From assembly GCF_021028975.2 (NCBI RefSeq), contig NC_059430.1, positions 108,252,001 to 108,316,000 on the forward strand: a stretch of 64,000 bases of DNA, given 5' to 3'. The notes below the pieces were generated by a model. It saw only the letters and a list, made by a program, of their open reading frames with translations. It did no database searches and was not told the DNA's origin. Position numbers and translations under genes: made by a program. The DNA comes from Sphaerodactylus townsendi (taxonomy: Eukaryota). Positions 1-14,415 of the stretch are shown piece by piece (the first letter of the stretch is position 1; each line of letters opens with the position of its first letter).

Positions 1-3000
1 AGAAGATCTGTCATTTTGCCTTCCCCCCACCCACCCACCCACACACTTAAAGTATTATATTTCTAAGAATCTCTTGTCCATTAGCAGAACAGCAGAAGAG
101 AAATAATTAAATTTAGAAACGATGTCAGCAGTCAAAAAAACCACAATTATCCTACCCCCATATGTTTAAGACATCAGTGAGCAGGTAAATGGATTCATAA
201 AACATGTATCCGATGAGTTTGATTTGCTAGTGAGGTTTGTAAAAGGGATATGAACAAAATAAGTTTTTCTTGCTGTTGGTCACCCTCTGCTGTCTAAAAG
301 CAGCACAGAGTTACTAAACCCCAGGTCTGGCTTGCAGATATCCCAGAATTACAACTGATATCCAGTCAACAACCATCAGTTCTCTTGGAGAAAATGGCTG
401 CTTTGGAGACTGAACTCTATATCATTAGACCACTCTTCCTAGGCTCCACACATGCACACATCACCCCCCCCCCCAAAAAAAAATCTTTAGTGATTTCCCA
501 TTTTGGAATTGGTGACCCTAAGGCAGGGGCACAAAGTTGGGTATTCAACTTGTAGATCATTTCCTAGTGTAGAAATCTCAGTGGACCTAGACCACCAACC
601 ACAATGTAGTGGTGTTAAGGTGATCAGCTGGGATTTGGATGATCCAGATTTGAATCCTTGCTTTGCTATGCCGGTTTGCCAAGTGATGCCGGCCAGTTCA
701 GCCTAACTTAATTCACAAGGGTGCCTCTGAGGATGCAACAGGGGAGGGCAAAGTTCCTTATTTTTTTTAGCACCTTGGGGAACAAAAAGGAGAATAACAA
801 TGTGATTTATAGAATTAAGATGAAGATTAAATAAAGTGCTGTACAGTAGAAATCGAAGATCTGTGAGCTCCACCACAATATTGTATATCTTTGAAAGCCA
901 AGCAAACAGACACACTCAGCAGGGACACAGTTTCTATGGTAGAAGCCTAGCAAATTAGATCTTGAAGCCAAAAAAATCAATAGGTAAATGATCCTTCAAA
1001 CCAGACCCTTGGGTCATTTTCCTGAAGCATGCTTTTTAATGGCGAACTTAGTGGCTGGTCTTCGGTTTGAACTCTAGAGAACTGGGAATCTCACTAGGTA
1101 TATCTAACATTTTTCTCAGGTTCCCATTTTAAAAACAACGTGAAATCTCATGATAAAATAAAAATGTGCATTTATTTAAGATATTATTCTTCTCTCAACC
1201 AAGCACTTCTTAGAGAGCAGTGTACAAATATAAATCCAGACTTCAAAGGGAACAGTAATATATAAATCCATAACATAATCTGGCAGTGAGGGAGTAAGCA
1301 AGGAAATAAAATTAGGTTTAGCACATTGCATAAAGTATAAATAGAGTGGGGGGAGAGGAGTTATGTTATGACAGATCTAGATCCATCAGGAAGTTAAATC
1401 CTTATACCTTTAAAAACCCTCACAAATATATACAAGATACGTGCAAGGACCAAATCCAGGTAAAATTAGTCTTTAAATTGTTTCTGATCTTTTTGCCTAT
1501 TTGGCACACAGGCCAAAGATTGCAAAGGGCTTAGAAGTGTAAAGATCTGTGGTATGAAATCTTTTCTTATTCCCCAGCCCAAGCAAGACAGAGAAAATAC
1601 TAACCATGGTTTCAGCTAGTTGTTCTATTGAAAATGTAGGGGGGAAATTCCATCAGTGGCTCACAACATAAGAAAGCATTGACTGCACATTAATGAACAT
1701 AGCTTGAAATCTTCCAGAGTTCCCACACGTACATACTGTACCTTGAGTCTCTCCCTGCTTTATCATCCTGGAGTTTTTGAAGCATCTGCTTCAGCTAGTT
1801 TTACACCCTTCATTCAGATAGGTTATGCTGCATACTGACTTGATGCCTGGGTCTCCTTCCTTGGTGGATATGGGCAGACCTCTTCTTCCAGACTGTCATG
1901 TTGCCATCTGAACACATGATGGTCTTTGCCACTAACACTCTGACAAAGTAAGAAGATATAACTTGTCCAGCTAGCTAAATGAGTTCAATTCATCTGGATA
2001 CCATCAGACAATCTATATCCACTTGGAGGTGAGCGGTCATCACAAACCAGAGAGAAAGAGAGTAGTCTGGATTTATAATCTGTGCTTCTTTTATATATGT
2101 CTCAGCAAGGAAAGCTTGCGGAAGCCCTTGGGTGCTGTCTTGCGCCACAGCAATCCATGCATAAGTATTCCTTTCCTAGACAACTTACTAGACAAGGAAA
2201 ATAGCCTCTGGAAAGCATTATTTTAAGCAGCTGGATCCAGTAACTGAGGACTAGGAAGTCCAGAGAACTTTGCGCTGAAGCCCTCAGCTTGGTCATTTAC
2301 TTGCTGCCCACATTTCTGTAGCTCATCCTCTGTTTTCCATCTGCAAAATGGGAAGTAAGCATTATTCTTAGAATAGTTGTGGTCATGAATGTGGGGGGAG
2401 TGAGTTCCATGAAAGGTGGGAGATCTTGACCTCTTTAAATGACCTTCAGCTGTATTGTTGATCTGTGTCTTGGATCCTGTTGAATACTGCTGACAGAACG
2501 TGATTTCTCTGCCTCCTCTCCCCCCTTCCCCCCTGCAACTCGAAATGTTTCCTAAAATGTTGTCCTTGGGGGATAGGGGACTCCCCCCCCCCCCAAGCAG
2601 TCTGAGGGAAAAGTTGGAGGATTTCAGGGGGAAACAGGTAGAAATCACATATCTTGTGCACACATATTTGCTTGATGAGATTCAACACATTATATCTGTC
2701 TCTCCACTTGAGCAGCAGAGGCTTTTCTGGTGAACCAGATATGCTTCTGCACTCCTACATTTCTGCTCCGTGACCTTGGTCTAGTCACAGTTCTTTGGAA
2801 CTCTCTCAGCCCCATCTACCTCACGAGGTGTCTGTTGTGGGGAGAGGAAGGGAAAGGAGCTTGTAAGCCAACTTGAGTCTTCTTACAGGACAAAAAAGTG
2901 GGATATAAATCCAAATTCTTCTTCTTTCATGTAGCATACGCATTTCTCTTTCGCCACCTTGTTCTTGCAGCAATCTTGTGAGGTTAGTTAGTTTGACGGG

Positions 3001-3279
3001 CTCAGGGTCACTTGGTGTACTTCACAGCTGAATGGGGATGTGAACCTGAGTCTTCCAGGCCCTTGTCTGGGATTCCAACCACTATACTATGTTGGCCTAA
3101 AGTCCTGGACACATAAGAGTTGGTATAGCTGTGACATGTTACTTACAAGCAAATCAGACTTGGCCACCAAATGTGTGTCACCAACATGAGGTGCAGCCAA
3201 CCTGTGCCCATGAAAATGTAATGTGTGAAGCATCCCCAAGTATACATCTCTTCAAATCTTTTTATTGTCTGCCTTCCAG

Positions 3280-3360
3280 ATATGTCTGTTCAGATTTCTC
3301 AAGAAACCACAGCAGATGTGAAAGCCAGGGTCATGAGGCATGAGATGTACAGCACACCAG
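3280..3360 (+). CDS. KDF1: KDF1 penultimate coding exon (the large upstream exon lies before the window)
   Basis: ttccag|AT...CCAG|gtaac; encodes (D)MSVQISQETTADVKARVMRHEMYSTP, matching human KDF1 ELTVQISQETTADAIARKLRPYGAP; phase 1/1. Confidence 0.9.
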
Positions 3361-5880
3361 GTAACGACGCATTAATCTTTTGGTCTCTTTCCTTTTATTT
3401 GTTAAGAAAAATGTCTGCTGAAATCCTGAATGCCCCCTTCTGCCCCTCCAAGATATATAGATTATTCCCTGAAGGGCCATATGGTCCCTGTTTTAATTAG
3501 ACCAGTAATAAATATTTTATCATAGATGGGCTGGTTGTCCATTCTGTTCATTTTTACTTAAGTTTTGGATTGGAATAATAAAATATCCAACAATTTATAG
3601 ACTTTACAGAATAGGACTTTTCTACTTCCTTCTGCAATCCACTGAGCTTCCCTCCTTACAGACCCCAAAGTTTGTTGAAAATATGTCAGGAGTCCAGGCT
3701 TATGAGCCCCCAAATGTAGAAAAAATGCAGGCTCATAAAAATGGACCTCCTGAGCCAATTTCTGTCTTGAAAAACAGTCCTTCCATTGACATAACATTGA
3801 ACTATGTCAGAACTGGGAATCAAGGAGATACATTTTTCCCATCAAAAGAAAACTATTGGGAAATCTTTGCAGGGCTCTTGAGGGGGTGGGGTTGCAGCAT
3901 AGCTGCTAATGACTCTCTTCACAAGAACTCCCAAGGTTGGTAGAGTTTGGTCAGCGGGGTCCAAATGGATGGGGCCCCATTTTAGCCTCCCCTAGAAACA
4001 ATACTGAATGGATGGGGCACACTCTTTGGGCCCTATAAAATTGGACCCCCGACCCAATATTCCAAAATGTGGGGTTCTTCTAAGGATAGTCACCTGAATA
4101 TTGCTGCAAATTTGATTCCTCTACCTCAAAACACAGCCTCCTCAGACCCTTGCAAAGTTTCCCTTAGGGCCGTGGTGGCGAACCTTTGGCACTCCAGATG
4201 TTATGGACTACAATTCCCATCAGCCCCTGCCAGCATGGCCAATTGGCCATGCTGGCAGGAGGCTGTCATAATTGTAGTCTCTATCTATCTGGAGTGCAAA
4301 ATTCTCTACTACTATAGAGTATAAAATGGACCTGTTCCTTATGGTAATATGTCAGTCTCTTCAAAGCTGCATTTTTAAAATCCTTTGCCATTGATGGTGA
4401 TAGAAAAGTGCAGGATTGGAGGGACAACTTCGGAGACAGTTGAGAACAATCATTTTTAAACAGTTTTTCTGTGGTGTGTTCCCAGGTGTCCCTAGAGAAT
4501 GGTTTAATTAATTTTAAGGACGTTTGGCTACTTGTCTTTAACTCCCTTCTGTTTCACTTGGATTTGTAATACCTTCCCTCCCTGATCAGTTTTCTAGCTA
4601 GGAAAGCTGCCAAAGTTGATGACATACACAAGGTTTCATAATGTATTCTTTTTCTGCTAGCCGCAGAGAGAGGCAAAGAGCTAAGCAAGGTACTGAAGCT
4701 CTGACCACTAACCCTCCTCCTCCATACTCTGCTGCCTTCGGAGATCTCACTAGGCATTGCCTGTGTGCTTCCATGCTTTGTTTGCACAATCTGAAGGTCT
4801 AGAAACTTGCTCTTGGCTTTTTTAATTCTGAGACTGCTGAATTCTGGGCACAAAGTTGGTTTCTTCTCCAGCTGGATAGGCACCTAGAGGCTCTAAAAGA
4901 GGGCATGGCTGTGACTGTTGATCCTGACACACACCAGCCAGAATAGAATGAGAATCTCTGGCTTTAGCGGCTCTTGTTTTGAAAAGATGGGCTGTAGTCC
5001 TCACAATTGTAGACTTTTGAGAGGGCTACAGTGTTTGTGTTGGATAATAAATGGATGTCTCAAAACTGTACCCCTCCTGACAGGTAATTTTTCCTCCCAT
5101 CTCACCTTGAAAAGATGCCAATGTTTGCCTCCTTCATTTGGGTTTTTTCCAATGAGGACTCCAGTTTTAGAGCTCAAGTGACTATCACAAGGCCTGCCTG
5201 CCTTCCTGCCTTAAGCACACTTAACTATAATGATTTTAATGAGCCTCTAGTTTAGCTGGTAGTGAAGCTACATTCTCTCAGCTTGATGCAAGAATGTCTG
5301 GGTGCAGTTCTTTGGTCTTATGCGGGATCTCAGATAAGTTATAAACAGGGCTGTGTGCTTTCTGCGGCCCCACAATTGCATTGAAAGAGACAGGATTTTT
5401 TTCTAGCCATAATTGATGTGGTGGAATTTTAAGAGGATGGAATAAGATATCTGCCCTTGAGGTGGGAGTTCAGGAGCATCTTTGAATGCATAAGGTGCTG
5501 CGTTCAGTCCCAGTACCTACCAGTTAAAAGGTCTTGCATAGTGGGCGCTGAGATGCCCAGTACCTTTGAGAGGCTACTTCCCATTGGAAGAGACAGTACA
5601 AATCTAAACAGATCTGTGATTTGACTTAGTAAAAGCAACTTGGTATGATTATGTAAAACTGAGGAAATTAGACAAAGTAGATGCACATCAAAAATCATAA
5701 TTCAGTTTCCAAAGTTGTCAATCTGCCCAGGATTTGAGTTCTTGGGCGCATTTCATGTAAAGCCCTGGTTATACTATAGTAGTCCAGCTTGGCTTAAAGT
5801 ATAAACTTTTCCTGGCTTTTATTGTGCGTCCTGTATTCACATTATTCAATATTTGTTCTCTCTCTCTCTATCTCTCCAAG

Positions 5881-6038
5881 GGTCTCCATTGAGCAGAGGG
5901 TCCTCTTTTCAGGACACAGAGACGGATTCTTCAGGGGCTCCTCTACTTAAATGTATTGCTGGGAGAATGGACATTGGAAGCATGCATACAGCCAGGCCCA
6001 GTGCCTTGCCTGCCACGAGCTCTCCGTTTTGTAAATGA
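5881..6038 (+). CDS. KDF1: KDF1 last coding exon, with frameshifted/extended C-terminus
   Basis: Long CT tract then ccaag|GG; encodes GSPLSRGSSFQDTETDSSGAPLLK..., matching human SSFQGTDTDSSGAPLLQVYC*; reads on to TGA at 6036-6038. Confidence 0.85.
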
Positions 6039-7176
6039 CTTGTATACTGCCACTTTATTTTGTTTGTATTTGATCTTAAAAGCCCATTTACCTCTTAAGA
6101 GAGCCTTGCATGCGGGTGGTGGAGATGTACCATAGAAGCAATATGACAGGAAGAGGAATCTGGCAGTTGGCTGTGCCTTCTGAGTAATGCCCTGATCCTG
6201 TTGCAGCTTTCCAAGTTCAATTCTGCTTTAAACGTGCCTTCAGATGACCAGCTGGTTACTTTCTGGATCATTTTCTCTGCTCTTTCAGAAGTAGACTGTA
6301 TTGGAACAATGGGTTTTTCTGCACAGGTCCAATTGTTCAAAGGTGTGTTTCTTTTTAAGAGCTGAAGACCCATGTTGTGGGACCTCCATGCAGCTTGTAA
6401 TGGCCAGCTTGATGATGGTTGGTGACTGATGATTTGTATCCATGTTTCTTTGGACACTGCTTGCCAAGGGTGCTTTACCTGTGCATTGGGATGGACTGCA
6501 TTTAGAGAGCAAGTAGTGGCAAGTTAGACTTCAAGCCACATCTAAGCTTTGGCCTCTTTCCATGAAGCTGCTAACTGAAAGAACCCAAAATCAAGGTTTG
6601 TCTTCATGGAACCCTTTGGCCCCTTTGTATGACTACAATTCCCAGGATTCCTTCACCAGAAGCCATGATGATTAAGGTAGCTGGAAATTAGTTAAAAAGT
6701 ATAGCACAGGTATGCTAGAAAAACTCCTGAATTATGGAGATCAAATACACCTCTTTAGAGCTGTCTCAGAATTTTGTGACTTCTACTTTAAGGCCAAATC
6801 AGGTGAGATGCTGGTGAGCTCCTGGACAGAGTTTTCAAGCATTTGTTGTTCTTTCTTTGATGTCTTCTTGTCTTTCCTTGTTCTTTCTTTGTTGTCTGTC
6901 ATATGTGGATCCCCATTTGGATTGAGACTGGGAGGAGAAGGCATGTTTTCCCGTGCTCATTTCCTTTCCTGAACTGGTACCTGTGGATGTTCTGCTACAA
7001 GTTTGCTCCATAGGAGCAAATAACAGCCCTCTGAACTGTTTCAGGTTGGGGAAACTGTGTGAGTGAGGGAGCTTAACTTTTCCTTCATGACAGGCTCTTA
7101 ATCCAAATTGGGGTCCTACAAGCCTGCTGTTAGTTTTGTTCTTAAGTTTGGGATCTGTACATAAGGATCTGTACAT

Positions 7177-7641
7177 AAGGAGCAGCAGTGGTGTAGTGGC
7201 TAAGAGCAGTGGCTAAGAGCAGGTGCACTCTGATCTGGAGGAACCGGGTTTGATTCCCAGCTCTGCCACTTGAGTTGTGGAGGCTTATCTGAGGAATTCA
7301 GATTAGCCTGTGCATTCCAGCACATGCCAGCTGGGTGACCTTGCGCTAGTCCAGGGGTAGGGAACCTGCGGCTCTCCAGATGTTCAGGAACTACAATTCC
7401 CATCAGCCCCTACCAGCATGGCCAATTGGCCATGCTGACAGAGGCTGATGGGAATTGTAGTTCCTGAACATCTGGAGAGCCGCAGGTTCCCTACCCCTGC
7501 GCTAGTCACAGCTTTTCGGAGCACTCTCAGCCCCACCCACCTCACAGGGTGTTTGTTGTGAGGGGGGAAGGGCAAGGAGATTGTAAGCCCCTTTGAGTCT
7601 CCTACAGGAGAGAAAGGGGGGATATAAATCCAAACTCTTCT
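7177..7641 (+). mobile_element. Sauria-type SINE interrupted by a hAT MITE
   Basis: tRNA-like head GCAGTGGTGTAGTGGCTAAGAGC...GGTTTGATTCCC; tail GGATATAAATCCAAACTCTTC. Confidence 0.8.
7352..7499. mobile_element. Palindromic hAT MITE (related copies ~4170-4312, 21112-21240, 31195-31330, 56666-56799)
   Basis: Near-perfect inverted arms; 8-bp TSD CGCTAGTC. Confidence 0.85.
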
Positions 7642-8550
7642 ATTAGTATGGGGGGGGGGGGGTTCCTGAGTTTAAGCTGTAAAATGTTGCGATAAAATCC
7701 AAAGCTCTGCAAAATGACCCACCTCAATTGCAATTACTTGTCTTAAATTTTTTGCAGCTGCACAGAAGAGCTCTGTATGGAGCAGTCTACTAATAAATCT
7801 GATTTCTCACAACACTGCCTGAGTGTTAGAATTGTCCAGGATGAAACATGTCCATCATGCATGGTAGAACCTGAACTCAGGCCTTCAGGTGTGCCCCTCT
7901 CGACCTTCCTCTTGCTTTGCTTTGAGCCATGTTTCTTAATGAGGTCCTCTATATGTGGGGTGTCTTTAGAATGCAGCTCTACATATTATGTAAGGAGAGA
8001 CTAAAATCACCACTGCAGTCCCCACTCCACCACTGACTCTGCTCACCTCTCCATCTGGTCCCCACGAGGATAGAAGCAACCTTTCAAGGGAGGTCTATCT
8101 GGAAGAGCACATTTTCTTTAAAAAATTAAGTAAAAGCTTGCAGTAGTTGATGTGGGGTGGAAAGGCAACAGTATTGTCAGGATGCATCCCTTATAAGAAG
8201 GCTCAGTTTTTTAGGGGTTACACCAAACAGAAGTCCTGTGACACCTTGAAGGTTAACATTCATTCCATCATAAGCTTTTGCAAGTCAGAGCTCTTGTCAA
8301 CAGATGCCAGAATTGGTTATTTGCTGAGCTAGCATTGCTTAGAAGAAATCTTATAACGGTCAAAAACAGATACATTCCATTTGGGGTTTTCTTGTTTCAT
8401 GGGACATTGGCCTCCTTACAGAGCGATGTGTAGCAAGATTAAAGATTCTGTAGATAACTGCAGCTTATCAAACATCCAACATTATTGCTACAGATTTTTT
8501 TTAAAAGCGCTCTAAATAAAAGTGTGCCATCACGTCACAATCGACTCATA

Positions 8551-9078
8551 GGCCCACTCTGCATGGGCCGATAAACACGGGTTTAGAACGGGAAAAAAAC
8601 CTTTTTGAGGGGGCACTTCACACAGATCTTACCCCTAAAACAAGACTGGCTCGTGTTATTTCCCCCAAACCAATTTTTTTGAGAATCGTGCTGTTCACAA
8701 GTCTTTTAAAAAATCCCAGGTTGCAGCCACTTGCAAGAGAACGGCCGGGCTGGAGGTGCTTTATTCAGCTGTGCTTTCCTTTTGAAAAAATGTTCACGGC
8801 TTACATCTGCGTAGCCACGCAGGTGCAAATGGTCATATTGTGGTATCGTGAGACGTCAGCATGGCTGTGGGGGTTCATTTATGCATGCCTGCGAAGCTAC
8901 ACATTGGTGGGAGGTAAAAAAAATAGATGCACCTCTGTGTGAAGGCACAACAGCAATCCATATTGTTTCCGTGGATTCCAATTGCAGCCTGCAGGGATGC
9001 ATGTGAATGCGAAAACAGGAAAGCGGGTTACTTTATCCCGACTACAACCCGCTATACATTTGCTGTGCGGAGTGGGCC
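8551..9078. mobile_element. PIF/Harbinger-like MITE
   Basis: TIR GGCCCACTCTGCA...TGCGGAGTGGGCC. Confidence 0.6.
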
Positions 9079-12000
9079 AAAAAGATTCAAGGACTAAAGG
9101 GTTTTCAAGGCAAGAAAATATGGTTTGTCATTTCATGCCTCGGTGTAGCAGCCTTGGACTTCCTTGGTGGTCTCCCATCACCAGGGCCACTATTCTGTCT
9201 AGAAAAAGGCATTTCTACTGAATTCCTATCTGTTATGCCACTTTCAGGGCTAGGGGAGAGCTGTCTTTGACTTTATTATCAGGACAGAGTGAGCAGTAAA
9301 ATACAGCTGTATCAGAAGCTGTTGCCAATGTATAGAAGGGACTAGCTAAAATTCTCAGTGCCCTCCATTTGTCTCCTTTCCCATGTGATTTGTAGACCCT
9401 TTCTGCAGGGCTGGAGTCCCCATTAAGGATCATTGCAGGGATGCCACCCAAGAGCCAGGTACATCATACCCTGGTCAACCCCGGTATTAAATTCACTTTA
9501 ACTTATATCATACAGAACTTAATATTAAGCTTCTGTAAGTTGCTTGTGACTATGTACTTGCCTCCTAGCATGCTTACAAGGGGCACCGCTGGCAATAAAA
9601 ACAGTGCCTGCAATCCAGAGCTTCACCCGCTATTTCAGGGGATATGGGAAGAAAAAGAACAAGTGGTATTCTTACTGTTCGTCCCCTCCCCCATGTGTAT
9701 AACAGACCAAACACAGGAGAGGTAGCGCATCTATGCGCAGTTGCTATTGCTCAGCCCCTTTTAATTCATTCAGTTGACAGTCTGACGTTCTCTTGTCTCG
9801 TCAATTTCTGACTCACTGCGGTATTCAATCTCTCCCCTCCCCCCTTCAATTGTCACTCAACTGAAAATGTTGGGCACAATGATGGAGCTTTGATTCGGAA
9901 CTGATTTGGAAATCTTCTCGTCTCGTGGGCAACTTTTTCTTGCATCAGAACCTTAATATGTCAACAGGTACTATTTGGAAACACAGGATGGGGTGAGGGG
10001 AGACTTACTGAGCCCTGAATCACTTTGACTCCTATGGTACCTTGACAAATAGCTAGATGCCTTTTAGGATTCCACCTTTTGGGGAAAAACATACAACTTT
10101 CTTTCCCATATACCAAAGAGTGAATGAATTTATAATAGCAGGTAAAACAGGGTAAAGATTCTGCCTTCTAAATATTGGCATGACTATCTGCTAAAGGTTT
10201 TTCTCTGGTTCCACTTTGAAATAAAAAAGGTATTTGATACCTTTCTTAAATGTTGTTGTAAAAAGCCAGTGGTTCCCAATTTTGTTGAGTATGGGGGTCT
10301 CATTTTTTCCCCATCAAAAAAGTTCATAGAGCATTCCCACTTAATAGTAATTGTACTCTTATGATCTGTTTAAGAAAATGTAGAATGGTAAGAAGACCCA
10401 AACAACAGTGCTTTGTGCATTTATGGATTTGCAGACCCCTTGCAATCAATTGAGGCTCCCAAGTTGGGAACCACTTCCCTAGGCCTTAGGCTCAGCTTGA
10501 ACACTGAGCCTGCCCCAAAGCTCTTAAACTGAACTAAGTTTATTTTCAGGAGATGTTGGTTCTGCCAAGTGCTGATTGGCTGGCTCTTTTTTTGGGCAAC
10601 CAGGAAGCCATTTGATGGCAGTACTAGGTGGTTTTTAGGACCTTAGGCTGACAGGAGGTCCCTTAAGAGCTCCTTGCCCATCTTTATGCATAAAAAAAAC
10701 CCTGGAAGAGAAAATGAGTGTGGCTTTTATGCTTCTTTTTGGCAACTGCAAGCACATTGGGGCTTTGGCTCAGCAAGAGAGTATCTATTTTATGTGTAGA
10801 AGGTCCTAGCTTCAATCCCGAGCACTACCAGTTACAAGGATCAGGTAATTGCGTGATCCAAAAGACCTCCACCTGAGATGCAAGAGAGCCACTCTCTGAG
10901 TAGTCATTACTGATCTTCATGGGCCAATTATCTGATTCCGTGTAAAGCAGATCCATGTGATCAAGGGAATTGAAGTCAACACTTTCTGGGTGACTGACCC
11001 ATTTTGTGGTGGGTGGAGAAAGGTACAGTCTCTCTGATTAGTGGTGGGACCCTTGCTGGACTGTGTGCTTCAGTTGATGTCCCACTAGGTTGGCCCTTAA
11101 GCCATTGCCCAGCCCAAAGCAATACTTGAAGATCAACAAGGGACTTCCTTTCAGGTTAAGGGATGTGCCTATGAAGGACTTTCTGTAATCTCAGAATAGT
11201 GGCTAGAAGGTGTAGTCCATTTGGCCAGTCAACACTGAATTGGTTCACCTGGGGAAAACACCTGGGGAGTGCCTGACCACTCATTGTTCTAATCTAAGAG
11301 GTAACAGACAGAAAGCATGGCAAGAGATAACCGTGTTTTCAAGGGAAGATCCTGTGGTTCAGTCTGGATGTGTTTCAAAACTGGCAGGATCTTGAGTGGT
11401 GTTTCACAAAAGGGATTGCTTCAGGGGAGAGGGGAGAGCTCAAAGGTTAGAATTCACTGGACTTGAAGGACCAGTTTTCCCTTTTCTCATATTGCTGGAG
11501 GGAAGGGAAATAACTTGTTAGAGGAAGAAAAATGGATTCACCCCCTCCAACAGAAAGGCAACCAGCCAACAGTAGCATATTCCCTTTATTGGGGATAACC
11601 AAAAGCCTCAAAGAAGCATGCTAGAACTTTCCCCAAAAACTGAATGCTAAAGAAAAAAGAGATGTGTGGTGTTCCTAGCAAATGATATGATATGAGAGTT
11701 AGCATGGTGTAGTGGTTAAGAGCAAGTGGACTCTAATCTGGAGAACTGGGTTTAATTCCCCACTCCTCCACATGACAAGGCTGGGTGACAAGGTGTTCAT
11801 TGTGGGTAGAAGAAGGGAAGGAGTTTGGAAGCTGCCTTGAGTTTCCTTATGGTTGAAAAAAGTGGGGTATAAATTGACATTCTTCCTCTCTTCTAGAAAT
11901 ACCTTCTACAATCTGATCATCTTATAATTGCCATTCACAATGCTCTTTGCAAGGCAAGTGAAGTTTAAAAAAAACCACAGGCTTGCTGCAACATGCACTG

Positions 12001-14415
12001 AGACAAAGAGAAGCAACATCCCCTCCCATCTTTGATTATACAATATATAAATAAATAAAACAAGCAGCTGTTTGGATCTGGCTTCAAGCTACTAGCAAGC
12101 TAACTTTCAGGACTAATATTATTTGCGGCTCGGAAAGCAGCATTACATAATTGGGGTAAGAAAAATACTGCAGGTATTCCTAATGTCTCTTAGAGGCAGC
12201 CCGCACTGGGCTGGTAAAAGGCAACTTAAAATCTCCTTCCCTGCAAGACCTTCTGAATGGCTGGAAGGCTTGGGGGCTACTGAAATGTAGCTAGTCATTG
12301 TCTGTGTGGAAGTTTCTGTGGGAACCTGATATAGATGTCCTAGGGAGAAGAGTAAAAGAAAAAGGAACAAAGATTAGGGTGGGCTGGCACCTTGACAAGT
12401 TTAGATAAAACTCCAAAAGGCTCCAACCAAATAAGTAGCAGAGGACTTCAAATGATTCCTGTCAGAACATACCAAATTCAGTTCAATAAACAAACATCTG
12501 TCTGCATCAGGCCCCTTACTGGATATAATATTTGCATCTCCTTTACACATGGTGCCCAATGTACCAATCCAGAAAACAATTGTGTTCCATTTTTTATCAA
12601 TTTCCGTCTGAGTTCAGAGTTCTTTTTGTTCTAAGCAAACACAATACTCTTGGTCTAGAGGTGTGCTTGCATGTGCTAAATTCCAGAGGGTTGGCTGTTT
12701 TTTTTTTCAAAAACAACAAAGTGGCATCTTAAAAGACTAACAGATTTATTGTTCCATAAATGTTTGTGCTTTAGTGCCTACTTGGTCAGATACATGATAG
12801 TAACCTCAAGGGTTTATAAATATATATCATGACTTTGGAAAAAAGAAGGTGGGGAGTGTTTTTCTTTCCAAAGCGACGCTAAATCTAACAAAACAAAATA
12901 TTAACAAAACTAGATCTGATCTGGAGAGTTCATAATCCAGTCAGAGCAGATATGAGTCATTGGCAGGGCATGATGCTAGTGTGCAATGTACATAAAGAGG
13001 GACAGTTGCTTTTCTGTAATGAACAAGTCTTTCCCAGTCCTTGCTGAGGCTGAATTGGATCCTTCCAGAAGGATCTAAGAGAGATTAATTTGCAAACAAA
13101 TTCCAACTGGGGAGCTTCACATTGAGGTTTCCATCTTTAAAGTTTTTAAAATTATTTTTGAAAGCTATTTGTGTTTCAAAATCAAAATTCAAAACATACG
13201 CAAAGGCAGAAATTCACCAAATTATAAAGTACTTATTTCATAGAGACTTCCAGTTTCTTCTACACTGAATGTTAGCCCTTACACCATATACTTTCAGCAC
13301 TTAGCCATTAAGCATCAAAATGAAATTAAAGCTTTAGCATTGTTATTAATTAAAAGTGTAACTTTTTAATGTTGGAACTTAATTTAACAATCCTCTGCTG
13401 CGTTTTCTCTGCTAAAGAGAAGTTTCAGTTCTTTTATCAGATGGTAGTACCTGCTGCTCCCTTTTTTGTGTCTCCTTGAGTTATGCACGGTATCTTACAA
13501 AGGAGCTTTGCAATACAGATACTTTTGAATCCGTGAATAGATTGATCCATCTGTTATCTCTGCTTTCCTCTAATTTCGCAAGAGCCATGCAGTGAAAAGA
13601 GGGGGCGGGCAGGAACTGCCTGCTGATACCATCTAGATAACAATGTCTTTTCCAGTTTGGCTCTGTCCAAATAAAACTTTTATGGCACCTACTGTGCTAA
13701 GCAAGTACAGTCAAGAATAAACATACCAACAGATCCAGAGTACCCCTGAGCAGGTTTATTACGCAGAGCATTTCAAGTGTTGTTCCAAGAGCTTTGCATA
13801 TCTTATCTTTTTGCTGAGCCTCTCAACAGTCAATATGCTGGGAGGGCATCTGGCTTGGGGATGTGGGACGTGCATGAAAATATACGATGGGGGGTAGCAA
13901 GAGAGCATTTCCCGGCTCCTTTGAGCCTCTGTCAGCATTGCACAGACCTCTGGCAATCAACAACAACAACCACCTTTATTTGGCATTTAAAATAGGTTCT
14001 AGAGCATTGCCAATCCTCTGGCAATCTTGCATTCTTGCTGGGAATTGACAGGCTCAAATCTGTGGCTGGCAGCAGCCTGATTGTTAGTCTGGGCCTAACA
14101 ATTGGTCTATATATGCTGACCCTGAACATAATTGGTCTATATATGCTGGCCCTCCACTATTATCCCCAGGACTGCCAACCTCCAGGTGGGACATGGAGAT
14201 CTCCTGGAACTACAGCTGATACCTAGACTGCATAAACCAGTTCCCCTGGAGAAAATGGCTAATTTGGAAGATGTCCCCTAGGCTCAAAACCCCAAATTTC
14301 CAGGAATTTCCCAATCTGGAGTTGGCAACCCGAATGGTCCCCAAATTCCAGATGAACGGCTGGAAGAATAATAGGTTGTCTAGGTAATCAAAACATTAAA
14401 ACTGATGGCCTAGAA

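Noticed and set aside
1741-1941. Exon-like segment on minus with AG/GT ends and faint KDF1-like words
   Set aside because: Stops in all three frames, and on the wrong strand for KDF1.
7185-7270. tRNA genes (A/B box-like heads; also ~10760, 40685, 44830)
   Set aside because: They are SINE heads continuing into SINE bodies; no cloverleaf.
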